A stretch of 64,000 bases of DNA from Vicugna vicugna (lineage: Eukaryota), in contig MU058153.1 in the NCBI GenBank assembly GCA_013265495.1, positions 1,490,001 to 1,554,000 of the forward strand, read 5' to 3'. The notes beneath the pieces are model-generated. The model did not search any database. It saw only the letters and a list, made by a program, of their open reading frames with translations, and was not told where the DNA came from. The position numbers were made by a program, and so were the translations under genes. Below, piece after piece: positions 49,627-62,900 of the stretch. Position 1 is the first letter of the stretch; each line of letters begins with the position of its first letter.

Positions 49627-50932
49627 AAATTCCATAAAAATGTCGCAAATAAATATGGAGGCATGGTCTTGGGACCAAATTGGTAACATTTCCCAAAGTA
49701 ATTACAATGTAGAGTATAAGCAATTGGAACATAAGATCAGAGCCAAATCTGAAACAATGATATCTTGGGGCCAACTATGAGAGTTAGGCTGGAGAAGATG
49801 GCCGGGATTTGTCCTGCCTATCAGTGGAGGTCCACTGCCCACCATTCAAGGGGGCAAAAGACTAACAACGCTGGGAACAAGTCAGCTATGGGCAAAACGA
49901 GACAAAAAATACAGCTCCCAACTGCTTTGGCAAAGAGAAGGCTTGGCTTTCTGATGAGCTGGATGTAATAATTTTCTAATGAACTAGATCTTGGGAACTA
50001 GATCCTTCCCAACAGGGCCAGCTTCCAATTAGGTTTAAATTCCTTCAGTGTAAGTTTAAATTCGAATACAGTAACTTAAAATGATCCAATATGCTCTCAG
50101 TGGTGCTACAGTATACAGCATTTTAATGCAGAAGAAGCCATTTCCAGTGGGAGGCTGCCACTGACACCACATTATCTAGCTGTGAGGGCTGGGCAGAGAC
50201 AACATCCCTGATGGTGCCATTGTTCAGCCTTTCATACCCTGTCCACCTCACCAGCAATCAAAAAACGTAATGAGGACGTCCTAGTCCAATTCAAAAATTA
50301 AGGAGTGCATATCATCTGAGGATAATGAATGTCATAGGAGAGTGAAGTAAAATAAACCAGGAGGACTGTCCGGAAGGCAAACAGGAGGTCGTGAAAGTCA
50401 TTCTGTTAGAACCACCATCCTGCTGAATTTTCCACGGGTTGGAGAGTGCTTGAGCGCAGCATCCTTGGGGCGTCTTTGTGACATTCTCATAGCGTTAGCT
50501 GAGTAACGGCAGCCAGAGACCCGTGGAAGTCCTACTCTGAGGCTTGCAGTCATTTTAGAGTTCCCAGAGGTAGGTCTGTTGAGGTCTCCTGTCCCAGGGC
50601 ACAGCTTGTCTCATAGGAGTTATTTCAGCGTTTTTCATCCCCTCTGACTTTCCCGCAAGTTTTCCATCGTTCTTGTTAGCTGCATATTTTGGAAATGAAA
50701 AACAATCAGGCTGAGGAAAAGGCCTTCTGTATGTTCGTGTCCCTGGGCGTAAATGTGGAATAAATGTACCTAAAGCACGGCTGCTGATATTCTGTGTCAT
50801 TTATCTTCACTTGTGGGGAGAAATGGGATAAGTCACTCATAACCGGGCCAGTCCTGAGCCATTCTTCATCCCTACGCTCATGAAGATAAATGTCGCATTT
50901 CCACAGACCACAGCTATCCTGTGTCCTTTTAG

Positions 50933-51001
50933 ACCAGAGATTTAGATCAGTTAGAGCAGGAGGTCAACCTGGTGCCATTATTTGAAAATCAAGAACACGA
51001 G
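50933..51001 (+). other. Candidate small exon (69 nt, frame-preserving)
   Basis: Acceptor CCTGTGTCCTTTTAG| and donor GAG|GTGAGT; open in phase 0: TRDLDQLEQEVNLVPLFENQEHE. Confidence 0.25.
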
Positions 51002-51266
51002 GTGAGTACCCTCTCCTACCCCAACACATCTTGATCTCCAGTATTAAATGAGGGTGCCACCAGCAGCTAAAAAGATGTTTAAGTAGCAGGTATATGTTCA
51101 TCCATGTCTATCCTTCAAACACTTCGTTTTAATTAAAAGATTATTTCCTGCGGATCACCGTGCAATGTTTTGCGAGGACTGATTTGTAGGAGATGGTCTT
51201 GGTTTTCAAACAATGATAAGGGGTACAATGAATACTATGGAAAAAATGATGAGCAGTTGGTTAATA

Positions 51267-51307
51267 CTCTCTGCGGGCGAGTCTGATGACAAAGGAGGAA
51301 GTCAGAA
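51267..51307 (+). repeat. 41-bp dispersed direct repeat, copy B
   Basis: 38/41 identical to 49586-49626. Confidence 0.9.
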
Positions 51308-52644
51308 TAGAAGTCTCGAGAAGTCATAGTCTTTGAGCAACTATATTAAGAGAAAACGGTATGGATACCTTAGCGTCCCGTGATGTACCAGTGACTGTTC
51401 CATTGGATTTTAAGGCTAAGGCAGAGCAAGTGGGTGACTTCTCTGCTCTGTGCTTATGGACCCTGACGTGGGTAATCCACAGACACGACCTCTTTATAAC
51501 TCAGTGGCAAATGTGCTTATTCTGGCTTTATTTTTAATTACCCTTCCACAAATTGAATGTTTGATGTTAGAAGTCTTCCCATTGAAATGAAAGTATTGGC
51601 TCTTTTCCCCTTGGCTGGTACATACCCGTTTATATCACGAGCAGTAAACTGAGCATTTCCAAAATCATTGCCCCTCTTTGGAAGCTATTAGTTTAAATTA
51701 TGGATATCAACAGTTTTTGAATTAGGAGACGGCAGTTTTGTAAGACTTAACTCTAATCACACCGATTGATTATGTGATTCAAATTCAGGGTGTGTACTCC
51801 CACAGTTGATTCTTTCTGTATATAACCAAATAAGCTGTTTCGTTCACTTATTCAAGAAATATTTATGGAATGCACACTGCATGGCAGTAACTGGGCTGGG
51901 CATGCACGTAAAATTATAGATAGTGGCTGTTCCCGTAAGCCATGTAGTCTAATGATGCAGAAAGACACATCTGTACAGTGGAGATGACTAACCCAGTAGT
52001 TGATAATTGCTCAAGAAAATGTCCTTTTCATTCTTCCAGTACGGAAGTCATAGTGAAATATGTTAAAGGAACACATAAAAAGCAATTTCCTACAAATTTA
52101 GAGAACCTTGGAAGAACTCACAGCATAAGTACCTCCTTCCCTCCCTAAACATGTTCACGTTAAAAGATCATATATTGGGCAGAGCATTAGCTTGGGCTCC
52201 AAACATTTAACTTCCTGTATTAACAGTTACCACACGTTAATTTTTTGCAACTGTGTAACATTTACTTCCTTCTACTTAAATTTCTCATCTGAAAAATGAA
52301 AAAAATTTAATCTCTTCTGTGTACCTCCTATTGTTGGGAAGGTCCAATAGGATAATGTATATGAGAAAAATTCTAATCTGAGGTGTATAATAGAAACAAA
52401 GGTACCATTCGCATCACCATCTTTCTTGTTACCCATCTTGTTTTTATGGTGCTAGGTAAAAGATCAAGGTGGCTTGCCATCTTGATTTATATTTTCATAT
52501 CCAGCCATGATCACCTATTTGCAGATGCACGCCACATTCAGCATCAGATAAGCATTGTGTTAACAGTGGGTAAATCGTTTAGCCACCCCCGCCCCCAAGT
52601 ATTTAGAGCAGTGCTTAATAGACAATGAGTGGAACTCTCTCACA

Positions 52645-52890
52645 TAATAATAATCATTCCTGTCATCTGAGAGCTTACGGTGTGCCAGGCTTGGCGCTTT
52701 ATGGGCAACACAGCATTTCATGTTCAGAACGACCTTCTGAGGTTATCACTTGTATTAGTCATCACTCTCACTTTACAGATGAGGGAATTGAAGTCTAAAA
52801 AGACTGCTGAACTTGCCCAAGTCACAAAGGTACCATATCTAACGGCAGAATTCATCAGCTAAACTTCTGGGCCCTACCACATGCTCTGAT
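52645..52890 (-). mobile_element. MIR SINE
   Basis: GAGAGCTTACGGTGTGCCAGGC..CTTTACAGATGAGGGAATTGAAG..ACTTGCCCAAGTCACA. Confidence 0.8.
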
Positions 52891-53139
52891 CTGGAATCCG
52901 TCATCTTCTCCATCTTTGTACTCCCCTTCCTGCTTGATAATCCCCATTTTCTCCAGAAAAGCACTCAGAGAGGCATTCAACTTTTCTGGGCTTTAGTTTC
53001 CTCATCTATGAAATAGGACTACTCTGAGGCTCCATTAATAACTCACGCAAAGTCTATGTCCTCATATTGTCGGAGGAGATAGAAAATAAATACCTACACA
53101 CACACAGGTACATACATACAGAAATGTGTATTTTCTCTC

Positions 53140-54460
53140 CTTGTGAGAAGTGCTATGAAGAGAAATGAAGGAAAATAAGGGAATAGAGATAGATGGAGAA
53201 AGGGACGTTATATTTTAGGCAGCATAGCCAAGAAGGTCTCTCTGAGCAAGTGACCTGGAGGAAGAGAAGCAGCAAAGCACACAGGTGTTTGGATGAAAGG
53301 CGGTACCATGGTCATGTGCATGTATACGTATAGCTACCAGTCTGTCTTGGTGATAATCATTTCAGGCAGAAGAAACAGCAAGTGCAAGATTCCTGAGAAC
53401 GTAGTGTGCTTGATATATTTGAGAAACAGCAAGGAACCAATGTTGCCAGAGTGGAGTGAGTTAAAGTGATAGTGGGAGCCAGACAGGACCAGTGAAGAAG
53501 GGATGCAGAGCAAAACTATAAATGGTCTCCTAGGCTACTGGAAGCACTTTAATGTCACCCTTAGTGACATGAGATGCCATTGAGCACTGCACAGAAGAAT
53601 GCATGTGATCTGATTTTTGTTTGGATAGGATCCCTCCACTGTGCCAAGAAAAGTCTGAAGAGGGGCCAAGAATTGAAGCAAAGACACAAAATGCTGGACT
53701 GGGTTATTGGAATAATCCAGTCATCCAGAGGGAGAATGGACTAGGATGTAGCAGAGGAGGTGAGAAAAAGAGTCAAGACTTATATACAGAATTTCCAATG
53801 TATAGGCAACAGGATGTAAAGGTGATAAGGTATAGAAGGAATAGGATGCAAACTTGGGGATGAGACCAAAATATAAAGTTTCAAGGGGACTTTGTCCTGA
53901 GCTACTATGAAGTTGGTCCCTTGAACTAGTTTAGCACACGGTAGGAGGTTACAAGTTTGTTTGTTTTTTTCCCTGAATGAATGAATGAATGAATGAATGG
54001 AGTTGCTGATAGAAAAGTCTTTGTCAGGGATGGGGCTTGAGTTGGCATTCAAGTTTTATTTTGGGCAGGCTCATTTTCGATGCCTCCAAGTGGAAGTCTT
54101 GAATGAGCCGTTGTTTGTATATGCTACAAGTCTGCCTTGCCAGCGGGAGAGAAAGGTTTGGGGACAGTCTTCAGTTTGTAGATGGTGTCACTGTGGGATT
54201 CACCTAGAGAGTGGGTGCAGACAAAGAAGAGCTCCACCAACTGAGCCCTGTTGCACCCCAAGGTTTAGTGGCCCAAGAGATAGGGCAGGGCTGGCAATGG
54301 AGGTTGAGCAGAGTGACCAATGAAGTAGAAGAATCGAGAGAGTGGTTTCCTAGGAGCCAAGTGCAGAGTGTTTCAGGAAGGACAGAATGATCACTCTCAT
54401 GTTGCTGATGGTTGCCTAACATGAGAATTGAGATTCAGCTACTGGATTTAGCAATGATCA
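53140..54460 (-). mobile_element. L2 internal/3' region, with an opposite-strand L2 tail and (GAAT)n at ~53870-53999
   Basis: GAAGTGCTATGAAGAGAAA..CAGGCAGAAGAAACAGCAAGTGCAAGATTCCTGAG..GGAGCCAAGTGCAGAGTGTTTCAGGAAGGA..ACTGGATTTAGCAA. Confidence 0.8.
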
Positions 54461-55792
54461 CGAACTTCTCACCTCCCACCGCTTCTTTTATCTTCTCTGC
54501 GCACATGAATTGTTACCCACTGCCTTGCTCTCAGGTTATCATAACTCCCAAGCGTGTTAACTTCTAACTCACATTTCATATTTCCTACTGAAGGGCAGTT
54601 AACGGTTCTTGAAACCATGAGATCTGGGGAAAGTTCCCATAAGACTGAGTTACACGGCTTTCAAAACCAATGATGGAAAAGCCACACATCATCTCTGAAA
54701 TAAATTTTAATCATATTCAGGTTCACTTCTGTAGTCATAATACTATTCACTAGTGAGGTATTGCTTTAAAGTTTGAGAAGCTCTTTTTACTTACGTTATC
54801 TGTTCCAAACAAAACTACCTAACACAGCAAAACGCCCAGCTTTGAATCTCACACCATCAGACTCTACCACCTGCTAGCACCTCCTTGTTGGAGTCAACTA
54901 CAGGCCCACACTTCACTCCTCCTCATTTCTTGTAGATTTTAACACCTGCCTCTCTGTTGTTCTCTCCAAACCTACTCCCGATAGAATTCTTGGTAATTTC
55001 AAATATCCATGTCAGTCCCTTGATCTTCTTGCTAATTTATGGACTTTTTCCATCTGTATTTGCTAGGGGCTTCCTCTTTGTACAGTTTGCACCGACTGTA
55101 TGTCTCAGCTTGAGTTGTAAAGACCTGTATTTGTTGGAATTAAAAATCATTTCGTTTACTTCATTATGCTTTGCAAAATGCCAGCTCTATCTCTTTGTAC
55201 ATCTTTGCTCCAATTACTGTGTGGCCCTCAATCTCTGTTTCTAATTTTTAGTCTGCCGTTGCCGCAGGACTGTTGGAAGGGAAGTAGGGGTAGGATGAGG
55301 TATGGGGAGAAGAAAGAGGTGGAAAAAAATCCAAGTTGGAGTTTGCCGCAGAAGCCTATGTCAAACTCTTAACATCCCATTTGATTTTAATACTTCAGCG
55401 TGTCTGTTTAACTATTTCCCATCCGTCTTCATAATACATGATCTCATTTCATCTTAAGAGGTGGTTCTGAACAGGGTAGTGAATCAGACAGAAAATGTGA
55501 CTTGCTTAAGCGCATGCATCTAATAAGTCAGAACCAAGCGTAGGTTACAGATCTTCTGACTCTAAATGCATTTTTTTTTATTGGCCTTAAACAATGCATT
55601 GTTCAGGATGGTCAGTGGTTAAAATAGCTGTGTTGGCTTCCTGCCCGGGAGAGTGTTAAAATACAGAAGCAATTTTAATAAATATTGTCACCAGTGTTGT
55701 CTGTGGTGATGGTGGTGGCAGCAGATCGAGAAATGTGCTGAAGTGTTCTAATGGATGCTTTTCTTTTTCCTTTTTTTTTTTTTTTTTTTTAG

Positions 55793-55844
55793 ATTGGCAA
55801 ACACATTGCCTGTTTACAGCTTAGAGACCACAATGGACAACTAG
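55793..55844 (+). other. Candidate small exon (52 nt) or FOX/AP-1 enhancer
   Basis: Branch-like TTCTAAT (55746-55752), long pyrimidine tract, TAG| acceptor and TAG|GTGGGT donor. Confidence 0.25.
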
Positions 55845-56859
55845 GTGGGTGATGACTCATGCTAAATCTTTGCCACAATATGCTGAACACTACAGCCACA
55901 GCTAATGTGAAGTGGCTCGTTATACCCCGTCAAGTCCAATAACAGCCAAGACTGGCTTTGCTACAGCATGGAGAGCAGCTTGGAGGAAGCCTGGCTCCTG
56001 CAGAGCACCCCTGAATTTCAAAAACTAGGCTGCAGTTGAATAGAAAAGACAGAGTCGCTGAGTCATCTTTGCAAATTTCTTGTATGTTTCTCTTGGTCAG
56101 TTTAGAAGCAGCCTTCGTGGTCCCAGCTTGACACCAGAGGTGACTCTCCTTGGGCTTCCCTCGTCTTGTGAGTGGCCTCCTCCTTCAGGTGTATTTTAGG
56201 GGCTAATGTAGCCCCCAGGCAGAGTGGGAAATGCGGTACCCTGGTAGAAATATTTCTGAAGATTTCTCCTCTCCCCTCGCTCCACCAGCCAGTCATGGCA
56301 CTCACACAAACACGTTCACCATCCACTGAAGCACAACCACCATGGGACCGTGGGTGGTATTTCCACCCACGGCGGGAGCAGATCGGAGGCAGCAGGCGAG
56401 GGCACTGCCTCCTTACTCTGTGACTTCAGGTCACGTGTCTTTTCGTCTCCGTTAAATTATAATCTCCCAGAAGGCAGGATCCTGGGTTTATTGATCTCTT
56501 TAGTCAACTGCCTGTGAGCTATAGTTGTCTCTCTTATCATCATCAACAAAATTAATGTATCCCCTTCTGAAAAGTCCATAATTAAGCCAGGGACTGGGGT
56601 TTAATCTTCGCGCCTCCCCTGACCCTCCCCCAGTGCCTGACACACAGTAGGTGGACACTGTGTTTGTTCAGTGAAGGAGCAAAGACACAAAATGCGGCCA
56701 TCCATCAGATGTTTCCCTGCCGCCAAATGAGAGACTCCGCAAACCTTTTCCAACCGTCAGAGACAGAAGGGTCATGGCTTCCAATCATTCTTCCCCTGGC
56801 CACCAGGAATAATGCCCTAAAAGCGGTTGTTTATTTTGAAAGGAAAAAAAAAAAAAACA

Positions 56860-57400
56860 AATCTGAAGCTATTATATTTATTTTTATATTCAAATGCCTA
56901 TGAAACAGAAAAACACCAGAGACCGATTCGTTGCTCACGGATGATCTATGGGGTAATAATGTGCCGGGTCTTCCAGCCGTGCTGCACTTTGGTGCTATCC
57001 TGGTTTAAATGAAAATGTATACTGTGACCTTGGTTTTGTTCACTGGGTGTTGGGGAGGGGATAATTGGCATGAGGCCTCTGAAGAACTCCCTCTTAACGA
57101 ACGTCATTTGGCTAATTTGGGGTTCACCTGCAGGAAATAATGCGGGAAGCCCCGTAAAAATGAGATGCATTCTGTTTGCATGCAACTCATATGCAGCTAA
57201 TGATTTTATTTTTAATTAACTTTTTATTTGGCGTTCCCTATCTGTTGAATTCTAAGTGCTGTGAGGATGATAATAGTATTGTCCCTTACAGTCTCATGTT
57301 TCATCATAATTAAATAAACCGCTTATGAATTGCAGTCCAAAAAATGTCTGTGTTCCCCTCTTAAACTTAAGGGGTTTCCATAGAAACCATGGGTAGTGAG
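56860..57400. promoter_or_regulatory. Candidate CNE-like enhancer with RFX X-box
   Basis: Repeat-free, rich in TAAT/POU motifs, with palindromic GTTTCCATAGAAAC at 57374-57387. Confidence 0.3.
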
Positions 57401-59783
57401 TTTGACTTTTATTGGACTTGAGGCTATATGTAGCATGGATAGCGAGCTCTCTGTTTTTCTCTCTGCCACTCTGTGTACATGTCCCTTTCTCTTCCTCTAG
57501 CCTTCACGGCCATCTTTCCCCCTCAGTGCTCTCCTCCTCCTCCTTTTCCTCCGCCCACCCCCTTCTCTTATTAGCAATGAGGAAGTAATTTGGACTCAGT
57601 TAGCTTTAACAAATGCAATAATACTAAAATGAGCTCTGATACTTAAGTGTAATTGTGTTATTAGCTGGAAATGTTTTTCTTCAAAAACAAAAGAATTGAG
57701 AGTGAAGTTTAGTAACATGGCACAGGCTGGTAGGAAGCAACCCTTGAAGATTTGCAGTGCACATCTCAAGGTCCACGCTCATCCTCCCAGCTTTGACTTC
57801 TCCTTGATTTTGTTGCCCCAGATTGATGTTTCTCCTCCATCCTAGTTTTCAGCCTTCTAAATGGAACATATAGTCATTGTGCTGATCGTGTAACGAGAGA
57901 AAAGAGGCATTTATTTAGAAAGGAGAAAACATACTATATAGTGTGTACCTACAACGGTCCAGCTAATTTACTAGGTACTTCCATTTAAGTTGTCTTAGTT
58001 AATGCCACAAAGGTGACTGCCAGGCAGGGTGCTGGAAGGCACACGGACCTGGAGCTGAACTTCCGGCTCCATCCAGGCTGGCTGTACGCCTTGGGTATTG
58101 TGCTTAAATGCTCTGTCTTGGTTGCTCAAAGACAAAATGAAAATGAGCGCTTCTAAGAAGTGGGGTTTTATTAGGATTGGCTATGAAAACGCTGCCAGGA
58201 CACCGCAGTGGCGCTGCTTTTCTCCATCCCTTGATAAATGAGGAAGATGAGTTGCCAAAAGAGTGAGTCACGTATCCAGAGCTGCACGGCTAGTAGAAAG
58301 GGTGTTCGTACAGTGCAGTGATTAGACAGGGTGGATTTAGACGGACCTGAGGTCAGTTACTAAATGTGCGATTTGGGGTAAGTGACAAACTGATGGAGCA
58401 CCAACTTCGTACAGTTGTTACAAGGATTAAATAAAATTGTGTGTGGAAGATACAAGAGCGTCTGCCACATAGAAAGCTGTGAGCTGTGGTTTTTTTTGCC
58501 CTGTCAGTCTTCCTCCCCCCGCCCCCTCCCACTTTTCTGATTTGTTTTGTTTTTAGTATGGATTCAAAGTAAAGAATGATTAATCTTCCAAGTCTATCTA
58601 ACATTTCTAGTTTTAAATTATCTCACAACTCATAAAATATCTCCAGTTATCCTGATAACAATGAGAAAGGAAAGACAGGTGTGGAGTAAGGAGATTCAGA
58701 ACTGTAATTGACAAGATCTCCATATAGCGAACGAGGAAGTGGAGTTTTTACCTAGTTCTCTAGGGTTCTTTTTATAATTAAAGCCCTCAGAATCTGTTAT
58801 TCTTAATAATCCTAGGTTCATGACTTTTAAAGCTTAAACCCAGCAGATTCTAACTCACCTTTCTGATACGTGGTGAGAGGAAAAACGTTTTAGCAGGGAA
58901 GGAGGCAAGGAAGTAAGGAGAGTGTAGCTGCAAACTCTGTCTCTAGCAGACCGTTTTCAGGTCCTTGTCCCAGGATCTGAAGGGACATGCAGACATACAG
59001 TCCTCAATCCCAGGCACAAATGAGGCATTGATTTTGCACAGCAATATGCCTTGGTGGCGTTGGTTACAAAAAAGGGATGGAGTGAGGAAAAAAAATGCAA
59101 AAGAAGCCAGATGTCAGTCAAAGATGTTGGTACCTAGTGAATTAAGAATAGAGTAGACAGCTAGGAAGAGAGTGTGATGGGACACAATTGCTGGAGAGAG
59201 TGATCGTTACTCCCCCGTCCCACGCACGTGTCCACCTGCACACACGTGTATTCACGACTAAACAGAACGAACATTAATATGTAATCATTATATGGCTTCA
59301 AAAGGCTCATGCTAGGAGGTAAAAAGTTAGCTCTACCTTTTTTTTTGTTGTTGTGTGCTTATGCTTGCCTTCTTACTAGAATATTCATTCTGCATTGTCT
59401 TTAAAAGAATCCCCTTAAGCCCTTTTCTCCATTTGCTGAGTGTTAAGTTTAGTTAAAGCTAAATAAAGTAATCCCAAAGCCACTTAGCTAGACACTTCAG
59501 AAACAGGAGGACTTCACGATGTGCTCAAAGCTCAGGGACAGGTAACAGCCCCACCGGAAACCCCTCAGTGTTGTGGAATTCCCTCTGCTTCGGGACTCCT
59601 CAAGTGTGTTACGTGACACGCGGCACTGTTGCCAAATTAATCTCTTTCTTATTTCTTAGATGAAAGTGAGTTACAGCTAGAAATTTTAATATTTTTTGTC
59701 TTTCATGTCCTGATAGATCATCCTGGTAACTTTAGGGTTAAGGAGAGTGTGTAAGAAAATGTATTTCTCTACAGGCTCAAGAG

Positions 59784-59996
59784 CAGGGTCAACAAACTCT
59801 TCCTATAGGGGGCCAAAGAGTAGGTATTGTGGCTTTGCAAGCCACGGAGTCTGTCACCATTGCACAGCTGTGCCCTTTCATGTGCACAGCCATAGGAAAT
59901 ACACACGCCCATGGCTCCAGCAGCGTTCCGATAAAACTTTATTGACAGAAACAAATGGTGAACCAAACTTTGCCTGGGGGCAGTTGCTTGCTACTG
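59784..59996. mobile_element. MER58A-like hAT-Charlie MITE
   Basis: CAGGGTCAACAAACT..GGCCAAAGAGTAGGTATTGTGGCTTTGC..GTTCCGATAAAACTTTATTGACAGAAACA. Confidence 0.85.
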
Positions 59997-62900
59997 ATCT
60001 TAGAGCTTTGCCTACCTGTCCATCCACCTTCTGTTTCTGCTCACATGGCAACTACAGCTTAAACGGTGGGACTGGGAAGTGTGGGAGTGACAACCATATC
60101 ACCATTTCTCTCACTTTGTGCATTTTACTTTTTGTCTTAGTTATTTTTGATTAAACTTAATCTTCCCAGTATTCCTTTGGCACAGGAGGAGCACGTAGTC
60201 TGTCTTCACTTTCCAGAAGGGTACAGAAAGTTTCAGTGGTTTGCGTCGGTGTCACCCAGCATCTATAATATTCTTATTGGAATATGACTGTGAGCCTTGT
60301 GGTTTCTTTAATTGGATCATCCTTCCTAAAATGCATTCTTTAGGGAATAAAGAAAGATGGTGGAAGAAGTAAACAAGAAGTAGTTTTCATTACCCAAACG
60401 AAGAAAAAATAGGTGTTAATGCATGGCTTAACCAGGGACATACCCAGGCTTCCCTACTTTGTTATCCCATTAAGATTCCATAGTGGATCTAGTTCTTTTT
60501 TGCTTTTCGTGTCTACTGCTTTTTTTCATGGCATATTTTTGGAAATGATGCATTGTAGGCAAATGAATACAGCAGAATACAGGGAGTGCTTGTTTTGCAC
60601 AGCACTGTGTTAACTGAAGCGGGTTCATTTTGGAACCGAGTCCTCATTTTGCAAGGTTCCATGGTAACTGAGAGAAAATCTGTTGGAAAAGAACTGTACA
60701 AAAAAGAGGACTTGGTTTCGATATGCACAGCCTATGGTTAACAAGGCACCGAGCAAAACGAGGACTGCCTTGAGTAAATAAATGAGAATCCAGCTTCCAA
60801 GTGGCTGCATTTGCCATGTAATTCCCTCTTTTGTGGTCATTAGGGGGAAACAAAGAAATCACTGATTACAGTCATTTCCATTATCTGACGTGTCATCACC
60901 AAGGTCTCCTCATGATGCAATGTTAACCATGTTGAGGTTACTTGAAACCGGTTCCAGTTGCAATTAGGAGGCCATCCCTGCTATCTGAGTTCTGATTAAA
61001 TGACGTTGCCTGGAAATCACAGAAAAGTCTACTCTGTTTCCTCCCCTTGCTCAGCTCTCATAAACACAGACTCAATTAAAGAGTTTCCTTATCAGGTTTT
61101 TGTGGGTCATTTTGGTGAATTTATTGAACTCTTAAGTCATGCTGAAAACTGGAAGGCGGTGGCCCTGAGATCTTCAGTGAGAGCCAGGACTAGATGTGTG
61201 GGACTTGCTCTGATGTTTTAGATTGTCCGAAATACACAGGAGGGAAAGCAGCCGCGATGGCTCGGGAATCCAGGGAGCCTGTGACGTGTGAAGGGAGTCT
61301 CACCAAGTGAAAAATCGCAGACCAGCGGGAGGAAGATCATGCTGTCTTGTCCACCTACATTTTAGGTACAAAGCAGAGCTAGTCCAAGCCTTCTTTATTT
61401 CAGACCTCAGTTATTGAAATAATTTTATAGTTAACCGTGAGACCTTACAGTGCGCTCGTTCCTATCCGTACTCTGTATTGTTGCAAATTTGCTTTTCTTT
61501 AAATACTCTTTTCATTGTCCTGTTCCCTTCCAGCAAAAGGAGAAAAATCAAGTCCCTACAGCCCATCTCATGAGCCTAATATAGAATTTAAATTCCCTTT
61601 GTCTATTTTTCATGATCGGGTGTCATCTTCCTTACCTACCTTCCCCCACTGGTTTCCAGTATGTATTCCTGGTAGAATCAGGTTGTGCCTCTCTTTGCCC
61701 CTTGCTCATGCTCACTGCCATGTGTTTCCCACCCACCACATGCCTGTTTTGCAACCATCTCTTTCTTCTCTCTCTCTCTTCTCTCTGGAGTATGTGTTTT
61801 CTATTACGTGTTCCTGCACCACACTGTGCATTTCCCCTAGCTCGCTCTGCTGTGTTCTGGTTCTGTTTACTTGTTAAAGAATCCCACTGCACGGTGAGAT
61901 TCTTGATGCCAGACACTTGGCCCTGGGTGTCAAGAACTGAAGACTCTGCTTGACACTCGGTAAGCACTCAGCAAATATTATTGAAGGAATGTTTTTCTCT
62001 CTCTTGGAATGCCAGGCCTTTTGCTTATCCAAATGTACACATGCTACTAAATCTCATGTCCACATCACCTTCATGGAATCCTTACAATTTATTGGTTGCC
62101 TCTGAACACCAGCCTACTTGGAATTATCCACACAGTCACATACACATTCACTCAAGATAACACACTGGCATTGGCGTGGGACCATTATTTATGTTGGGGA
62201 TGTCTTAGCCCAGCATTTCAAAGAATCAGCGTTAAGCAGTTACAGAGTGGAACAAGTTCCTTTGTAGGTAAATTTCATACAGTTGTTGGTGAACATACTT
62301 AAAATCATATATTATTAGAGCTGAAATGACCTTAAAGATTCTCTTTCCCAGCATCCTACTATAAAATGAGCCCCAGACATCCATCCATCTATAATCTACC
62401 TATCTATCTATGTATCTATGTATCTCCTTCCTAAGGATTAACGAGCAGTTGGGAGTTGGCTATCAGCTCCTCCCAGCTAGTCATCAACCCAAAGAAGCAT
62501 GGTCATTAACTGCATGATCAACTTTTTGAAATCAAATCCTTCTCTACTTACCTTGCCAAGGACTTACGTTTAAGAAGGGCTTTTTAGATTTTCCAAAGCT
62601 TCTTTAATTACTTGCCCTTCATTAACCTGGACAGAAAATATATATAAATATTAATGTACATATATAAGTATATATAAAAGGACCGATGTTAGCCCCTGTG
62701 GACTGACAGGAGAAAGTCATGAGGAGAAAAAAATAATTTTTCATATTTTGATTAAACATTTGAAGACCTCCACTCTCTTTTATTTGCTTTCTTTTTAACC
62801 CCCTTTTCAAAATGAATGTCTAGAGAGAATCATTCTATTGTACATCCTGAGAGGCCAAAATTCTTGTCCAGTTTTTGCGATTTAACTTCCTCTAACATTA

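Noticed and set aside
49586..51307. CRISPR-like array from the 41-bp repeat
   Set aside because: Only two copies 1.7 kb apart in eukaryotic DNA; no regular spacers or cas genes.
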